Assembly (NCBI GenBank): GCA_046496455.1
Contig: JAWOGX010000204.1
Location: forward strand, 1 to 31,873
DNA: 31,873 bases
From: Bacteroidales bacterium
GTDB lineage: Bacteria > Bacteroidota > Bacteroidia > Bacteroidales > SKPS01
Direction of reading: 5' to 3'
The notes under the pieces were generated by a model. That model was not told the DNA's origin. It ran no database searches and was given only the letters and a program-made list of their open reading frames with translations. Positions within the stretch are counted from its first letter, which is position 1. Every line of letters starts with the position of its first letter. The position numbers were made by a program, and so were the translations under genes. Below, piece after piece: positions 26,249-31,873 of this stretch.

Positions 26249-26256
26249 TAACTTTG
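26249..26256 (+). promoter_or_regulatory. -7 element TAACTTTG for lgt
   Basis: Exact TAnnTTTG match 19 nt upstream of ATG 26276. Confidence 0.65.
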
Positions 26257-26275
26257 CAGTCCAATTCTTAATCGT

Positions 26276-27142
26276 ATGACATTGCTTTATATATATTGGG
26301 ATTTTGACCCCCAGGTGATACCCGGATCTTCCATCCCTGTAAGGTGGTATGGGATCATGTTCGCGATGGCTTTTGTAGTAGCTTACCTGATTATGAAACG
26401 CATCTTCAGCAAGGAGGGGATTCCGTTAAAGACGCTGGATGACCTTACACTTTGGGTTGGTGTCGGTACGGTTGTGGGAGCCAGGTTGGGTCATTGCCTC
26501 TTTTATGAACCCGAGATTTATCTCAGGGAGCCGCTCAGAATCCTGAAAATATGGGAAGGGGGCCTTGCCTCCCACGGAGCTGCCATCGGCATTTTGCTTG
26601 CCCTCTGGCTGTTCACCCGAAAGTACAAATATTCATTCGTAGGATTCCTCGACAGGCTGGCCATTGTAATTCCCTTATCGGGGGCGTTCATCAGGCTGGG
26701 AAACTTGGCGAATTCAGAAATTTACGGAAAAGTGACCAGCCTGCCGTGGGGATTCTATTTCCAGCGGTCTCTCGATTTTCCACACCGCTTTGAGCCTCAC
26801 CATCCGACCCAGATCTATGAAGCGCTCGCTTACATACTGATCACCTTACTGCTCTGGCAACTTTACCGGCGCAACCATGACGCGAAAAAGGGATTCCTCT
26901 TTGGCCTGTTTCTGACCCTCCTCTTCGTGGTACGCTTCCTGATCGAATTTGTGAAAGAGCCGCAGGTAGCCTTTGAACAGGAGATGGTGTTGAACATGGG
27001 GCAGTGGTTGAGCATCCCGTTCATCGTTGCCGGGTTGGTCATCCTGGTCCTGAGCTTTCGAAGCAATGCCGGAACAGACCAGGCAAAAGTAGAAGCCGGA
27101 GAACACAATAAGTCTGAAGAGGAGGGGAGTTCCGGGGTATGA
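26276..27142 (+). CDS. lgt: Prolipoprotein diacylglyceryl transferase
   Basis: RWYG, ARLGHCLFY, GGLASHG, RLGNLANSE and HPTQIYE motifs. Confidence 0.97.
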   Translation: MTLLYIYWDFDPQVIPGSSIPVRWYGIMFAMAFVVAYLIMKRIFSKEGIPLKTLDDLTLWVGVGTVVGARLGHCLFYEPEIYLREPLRILKIWEGGLASHGAAIGILLALWLFTRKYKYSFVGFLDRLAIVIPLSGAFIRLGNLANSEIYGKVTSLPWGFYFQRSLDFPHRFEPHHPTQIYEALAYILITLLLWQLYRRNHDAKKGFLFGLFLTLLFVVRFLIEFVKEPQVAFEQEMVLNMGQWLSIPFIVAGLVILVLSFRSNAGTDQAKVEAGEHNKSEEEGSSGV

Positions 27143-27927
27143 GAAAATTTATCCGTTTTCTGGTGCGCAATGTGCCCCGTCCATGGCTGATCAGGTTCAG
27201 CGGGATGTTCAGCCGCCTGGTGTTGCCCTTTTACCGGGGCAGCAGGTATGAATGCCCGGTGTGCCATACAAAACTCAGGAGATTCCTGCCCTATGGCAAC
27301 AAAGGTGGTGCGAACAGACTCTGCCCTTCCTGCCTTTCGCTGGAGCGGCACAGGTTGCTGTGGCTCTGGCTCCAAAAGCGTTCAAACCTGTTCACCGCTC
27401 CACTCAAAGTACTCCACGTTGCCCCTGAACAATCCTTCATCCATCGCTTCAGGGCGTTGAAAAATCTGGATTACACCACGGCCGACCTCTTCTCCCCCCT
27501 GGCAGATGTAAAGATGGATATTCAGTCAATGCCCGTCAAAGACAACACCTTTGATGTGGTCATCTGCAATCATGTGCTGGAACATGTGGATGATGACATC
27601 ACCGCGATGCGTGAGATTTTCAGGGTACTGAAGCCTGGCGGGTGGGCCATTATGCAGGTTCCCATCGATTGGAACAGGGATTTTACTTATGAAGATGCGT
27701 CCATCACGACCCCTGCAGAACGTGAAAAGCATTTCGGGCAATATGACCATGTACGCTTCCACGGCACCGATTACCCTAATCGTTTAAAAAGCGTTGGGTT
27801 TGAGGTTGATGATGAGGATTTCCTGGCAGAATTTTCCGAAGAGCAGCGGGAATATTACCGGTTACCTTTCAAAGAGATGGTATGGAAATCCGTGAAGCCT
27901 GATCCTCAATACAAAACATCAAAATAA
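27139..27927 (+). CDS. Class I SAM-dependent methyltransferase with N-terminal CxxC/CxxC zinc ribbon
   Basis: CPVC...CPSC, LHVAPE, FDVVICNHVLEHV and RVLKPGG motifs. ATGA overlap with lgt. Confidence 0.88.
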   Translation: MRKFIRFLVRNVPRPWLIRFSGMFSRLVLPFYRGSRYECPVCHTKLRRFLPYGNKGGANRLCPSCLSLERHRLLWLWLQKRSNLFTAPLKVLHVAPEQSFIHRFRALKNLDYTTADLFSPLADVKMDIQSMPVKDNTFDVVICNHVLEHVDDDITAMREIFRVLKPGGWAIMQVPIDWNRDFTYEDASITTPAEREKHFGQYDHVRFHGTDYPNRLKSVGFEVDDEDFLAEFSEEQREYYRLPFKEMVWKSVKPDPQYKTSK

Positions 27928-27967
27928 ATATTAAATAACCAGAGATATGTTAAAAGAGACTTCAACT

Positions 27968-29374
27968 ATGACAGACTACCGAATTGCAGACATTAACCTG
28001 GCCGACTGGGGCCGCAAGGAGATTGAGATTGCCGAGAAGGAGATGCCCGGTCTCATGTCAATACGGCAGAAACACAGGGATGGAAAGCCCTTGGCCGGTG
28101 TAAGGATCACGGGTTCATTGCACATGACAGTCCAGACTGCGGTGCTGATTGAGACCCTTGTGGACCTGGGTGCCAATGTGCGTTGGGCCAGTTGTAATAT
28201 TTTTTCCACGCAGGATCATGCTGCAGCAGCGGTTGTGCGTGATAGCGGGATCCCGGTATTTGCCTGGAAAGGGGAAACCCTGGACGAATATTGGTGGTGT
28301 ACGAAGATGGCATTGAGCTTCCCGGGGGGATTGGGACCACAACTCGTGGTGGATGATGGGGGCGATGCCACACTGATGATCCACCTGGGACATGCCGCGG
28401 AAAAGAACCCTGAACTGCTAAGGCAACAGCCCGGAACCGCCGATGAGATTGCCCTGCTGAAGCAGCTCCAGGAAGTGTATGTAGAGGATTCCACGAAGTG
28501 GGAACGCGCCGCCGGGGAATGGAGAGGTGTATCCGAAGAAACCACGACCGGCGTCCACAGGCTCTACCAGATGCACGAGAAAGGTGAACTGCTTGTGCCT
28601 GCCATCAATGTAAACGACTCTGTCACCAAATCGAAATTTGATAACCTCTACGGATGTCGCGAGTCACTTGCCGACGGGATCAAACGGGCAACCGATGTGA
28701 TGATTGCCGGTAAAGTAGTGGTGGTCCTGGGATACGGAGATGTTGGCAAGGGTTGTGCCCGCTCGATGCGCTCCTATGGCGCCCGTGTTATCATAACCGA
28801 AATAGACCCGATCTGTGCTTTGCAGGCTGCCATGGAAGGCTTCCAGGTGACAACCATTGAGGAAGCACTGGAAGAGGGAAATATCTTTGTGACCACCACC
28901 GGCAACAAGGATGTGATCGTCGCAGAACATATGGCATCGATGAAAGATGAAGCGATTGTCTGCAACATCGGCCATTTTGACAATGAGATCCAGGTGAGCA
29001 GGCTCGAAAACTGGCCTGGAATCAAAAAGACCAACATCAAACCTCAGGTCGATAAGTACACCTACCCCGACGGTCACTCCATCTACCTCCTTGCCGAAGG
29101 ACGCCTCGTGAATCTCGGCTGTGCAAACGGCCACCCCTCTTTTGTGATGAGTAACTCGTTTACCAACCAGGTGCTTGCACAACTCGACCTCTGGAATAAT
29201 CGTGAAGTGTATGAACCCGGCGTGTACAGACTGTCGAAAAGTCTTGACGAAGAGGTTGCACGCCTGCACCTTGAGCAACTTGGGGTAAAACTCACCAAAC
29301 TGACCCCCGAGCAGGCGAAGTATCTCGGCGTTCCGGCTGAAGGACCTTACAAGCCTGAGCACTACAGGTATTAG
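27968..29374 (+). CDS. ahcY: Adenosylhomocysteinase
   Basis: [40 protein letters not shown] and GHPSFVMS motifs. Start 27968 or 27947. Confidence 0.98.
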   Translation: MTDYRIADINLADWGRKEIEIAEKEMPGLMSIRQKHRDGKPLAGVRITGSLHMTVQTAVLIETLVDLGANVRWASCNIFSTQDHAAAAVVRDSGIPVFAWKGETLDEYWWCTKMALSFPGGLGPQLVVDDGGDATLMIHLGHAAEKNPELLRQQPGTADEIALLKQLQEVYVEDSTKWERAAGEWRGVSEETTTGVHRLYQMHEKGELLVPAINVNDSVTKSKFDNLYGCRESLADGIKRATDVMIAGKVVVVLGYGDVGKGCARSMRSYGARVIITEIDPICALQAAMEGFQVTTIEEALEEGNIFVTTTGNKDVIVAEHMASMKDEAIVCNIGHFDNEIQVSRLENWPGIKKTNIKPQVDKYTYPDGHSIYLLAEGRLVNLGCANGHPSFVMSNSFTNQVLAQLDLWNNREVYEPGVYRLSKSLDEEVARLHLEQLGVKLTKLTPEQAKYLGVPAEGPYKPEHYRY

Positions 29375-29677
29375 GTAAACTTTTTAACGGCTTGTTTCCC
29401 CTGCCCTTTATCTCCTCCTGAATTACAACTCAGGGGGCGGGCATATCTCAAATATCGAAATAACTTAAAAACAGCTGCCGGGACACTAAAATACCATAAG
29501 GGTAAAACCATTGAACCTTTTTTTACAGAAAGGAATGTTTAGTGATTGATTGTTTTTGCGGCCTTGTTCATCGACTTTCGAGACAGCCTCTGTTTTCAGA
29601 TCAATATTGAGGATTGCGTTTTTTTTACCGGACGCGAATGATTCTTTTTGTTAAATTGTGCCAAATTGGACACTACT

Positions 29678-30316
29678 ATGGCGCTACACATTAAAACATT
29701 GGTTTTTAATGCTTTTCAGGTAAATACCTATGTGATTTATGATCAGGAGGGTAACTGTATATTGGTTGACCCTGCCTGTTATACCTCCAGGGAGCAGGAG
29801 CAACTGGCTACATTCATCACTGACAATAACCTGCAAGTGCAAGCGGCCATAAACACCCACAGCCATATTGACCATGTGCTCGGCAACAGTTTTGTGTACC
29901 GCCGGTTTGGCCTTAAGCCACTGATCCATCGCGATGGACTTGTCTTTTATGATCATATGATGTCGCATGCCAACACCTTTGGTTTTGAGATTGATGAGCT
30001 GATCTATCCTGAGGAGTTCCTTGAAGAGGGGCAGGTGGTTAAGCTGGGTGATGAGGCACTTCGGGTTCGTTACACGCCTGGGCATGCAGATGGGAGCATT
30101 TGCCTGGTTCATGAAGCCGGCAGATGGATTGTGACCGGAGACCTGCTCTTTTACCTCAGTATAGGGCGTACCGATCTCCCGACAGGCAATCTTGAGAAAT
30201 TGCTCCATTCGGTGAGGGATAAGGTTTTTGTCTATGATGATGATTATACGTTGTATCCGGGGCACGGGAATGCCACAACCATCGGGTATGAGCGCCGCAA
30301 CAACCCTTATCTATAG
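29678..30316 (+). CDS. MBL-fold metallo-hydrolase (glyoxalase II-like)
   Basis: THSHIDH (HxHxDH), TPGH, TGDLLF and PGHG motifs. Confidence 0.93.
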   Translation: MALHIKTLVFNAFQVNTYVIYDQEGNCILVDPACYTSREQEQLATFITDNNLQVQAAINTHSHIDHVLGNSFVYRRFGLKPLIHRDGLVFYDHMMSHANTFGFEIDELIYPEEFLEEGQVVKLGDEALRVRYTPGHADGSICLVHEAGRWIVTGDLLFYLSIGRTDLPTGNLEKLLHSVRDKVFVYDDDYTLYPGHGNATTIGYERRNNPYL

Positions 30317-31312
30317 CGGGGGAAGGGCGAGCAGGTCATTTGCCGCATTCACTACATTTTCGGGGGATATCATCAGCATGCAGTTGAAATGTTTGCGGGG
30401 GCATTTTGCATAACCGAGTTTGCTGCAGGGTCTGCAGGTGACCCCTTCCATCTCAAGGATGGTGCTGTAATGCAGCAAGTGGTCCGGCAGGTAAGGTCCC
30501 ATACCGAGGGCGGGGACGGTATTTCCCCAGATGCTCAGGATTTTGCGCCCGAAGGCGGCTGCAATATGCATCAGGCCTGTATCGTTGGCTATCACCAGTG
30601 AAGCTCCGGCCACAACTGCTGCCGATTCCCCCAGTGAATAGCTCCCGCAACCGTTCAGCACAATGTTGTGTTGCATCGCGCGGCATATCAATTCTCCCCG
30701 TTCCCGGTCTTCGGGTCCACCCATCAGCACCACCGGCAAAGGAAGCTGATCCGCGGCTTCAGCCACCATCGGTGCAGGATAAATCTTGGTGAGATACCTC
30801 CCTCCGATCACAAAGGCAATATAACCCGGATGAAATCCGGCCGGGAGCAATTGTTCCGGACCTCCCTGTCCGGGATTCAGAAAATAGTCGAGACCTTGCC
30901 CGTCATTGATCACTCCAAACCTCCTTACCGTTGCCATGTACCTGTCCACGATGTGGTTTTCGGGCATCAGGTTCAGCTTCAGGTTCACAAGCAGATACTT
31001 CCTGAAGTTGAGCTTCCGGAATGATACCGATGGCCGGCGGAGTTTCAGCTTCAGGCTGAGGGTGCGGATATTGCGGTGTAAATCAACGATAAGATCGTAC
31101 CTGTTTTGCCTGAGCTGAGGCAATACCTCACTGATGCTGTGATCGACAGTGATGAGCCGGTCGATGTAGGGGTTGTGTTCCAGTACTGCACTGAACCGGC
31201 CGAAGGTGAGCATATGCAGCTCCACACCGGCTTGCTTCTTCATGCACCGGATCACAGGGGTGGTGAGTACGATATCGCCGATGGAACTAAACCTGACGAG
31301 AAGAACTTTCAC
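30311..31312 (-). CDS. Glycosyltransferase family 9 (heptosyltransferase-like)
   Basis: RFSSIGDIVL and NDTGLMHIAAA motifs; GTG start. Confidence 0.92.
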   Translation of the reverse strand: MKVLLVRFSSIGDIVLTTPVIRCMKKQAGVELHMLTFGRFSAVLEHNPYIDRLITVDHSISEVLPQLRQNRYDLIVDLHRNIRTLSLKLKLRRPSVSFRKLNFRKYLLVNLKLNLMPENHIVDRYMATVRRFGVINDGQGLDYFLNPGQGGPEQLLPAGFHPGYIAFVIGGRYLTKIYPAPMVAEAADQLPLPVVLMGGPEDRERGELICRAMQHNIVLNGCGSYSLGESAAVVAGASLVIANDTGLMHIAAAFGRKILSIWGNTVPALGMGPYLPDHLLHYSTILEMEGVTCRPCSKLGYAKCPRKHFNCMLMISPENVVNAANDLLALPPL

Positions 31313-31315
31313 GGT

Positions 31316-31747
31316 TTATTTCTTCACTTCGTAGTGCTCCTCTATCGTATCGGGCAATTCGTTCGGATCGGGTTTCGGAACTGTCCTCTTCAGCCAGAGG
31401 TGATTGTTGGTGAGGCGAAGGATCTCCCATACGTAGGGGGTTGGGGAAGTGGCCAGCGTGATCCTGAGCTCCTTTTTATCCTCATTGAACTCCCAGGTCC
31501 CGGGCGTTTCAACAAGGTTGTAGATTTTTACCAGCCCACCGTTCTTGTCGATACGGTATCCATTATCTTCAGGATAATTTTGGGTAACATCTACCCCGTT
31601 GTTGTATATTACAACCATACTCCAGTTGCCGTCAAGCCTGGCTTTTTTCGTCCTCAGGCTCACAAGCGGGCCCTCAGAATACTTCTGGCATCCGAAGAGG
31701 GATAGCAGTAATCCTGTTACAATCAGTAAATAAACATGCTTTTTCAT
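31316..31747 (-). CDS. Lipoprotein with lipocalin-like domain
   Basis: MKKH...LFGC lipobox; KKARLDGNW, GTWEF and WEILRLTNNHLWL motifs. Start moved to ATG 31747 because the track's first codons overlap a promoter element. Confidence 0.8.
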   Translation of the reverse strand: MKKHVYLLIVTGLLLSLFGCQKYSEGPLVSLRTKKARLDGNWSMVVIYNNGVDVTQNYPEDNGYRIDKNGGLVKIYNLVETPGTWEFNEDKKELRITLATSPTPYVWEILRLTNNHLWLKRTVPKPDPNELPDTIEEHYEVKK

Positions 31748-31775
31748 AAGTGAGGGTTTAGGTTTCGACATTGCA

Positions 31776-31783
31776 CAAATATA
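31776..31783 (-). promoter_or_regulatory. -7 element TATATTTG
   Basis: Exact TAnnTTTG match upstream of the lipoprotein gene. Confidence 0.6.
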
Positions 31784-31873
31784 CACTAATCATCAACCAA
31801 AAAAGATAATTTTGCACCATGATTTTGGTGGATACGCATACACACCTTTACCTGGATGAATTTGAAGGTGACA

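Noticed and set aside
29375-29677. Riboswitch or sRNA after ahcY
   Set aside because: Only an imperfect hairpin (CCTCCTGA/TCAGGGGG) is present, with no recognisable aptamer consensus.

Overview
Chromosomal window from a Bacteroidota bacterium, probably Bacteroidales-like. The evidence is TAnnTTTG -7 promoter elements and the typical coaX-OMP-TPR-lptC-HlyC/CorC-ppiD and purN/acpP-fabF-rnc gene orders. Bases ~13,770-31,873 are mostly housekeeping: tRNA-Phe, coaX, lptC, a CNNM/CorC protein, ppiD, a 5'-truncated nitroreductase, purN, acpP, fabF, rnc, lgt, a methyltransferase, ahcY, an MBL hydrolase and a GT9. Bases 1-13,600 form an accessory cell-envelope block. The standout is a tightly coupled three-gene unit (1033-4913). 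Gene 1 is a DUF2207-like membrane protein whose predicted cytoplasmic C-terminus ends in a RiPP-precursor-like repeat, CHDA-(CHSA)6-CVSGGSH. Gene 2 is a radical SAM/SPASM enzyme with a putative N-terminal PqqD/RRE-like domain. Gene 3 is an uncharacterised 4-TM protein. This looks like a radical-SAM modification system whose substrate is fused to a membrane protein. The block also holds a collagen/tail-fibre-like protein, a PrsW + bitopic protein + HExxH/propeller/barrel module, and a repeat mosaic next to tRNA-Phe. Family assignments come from motif recognition by eye; no database search was run.
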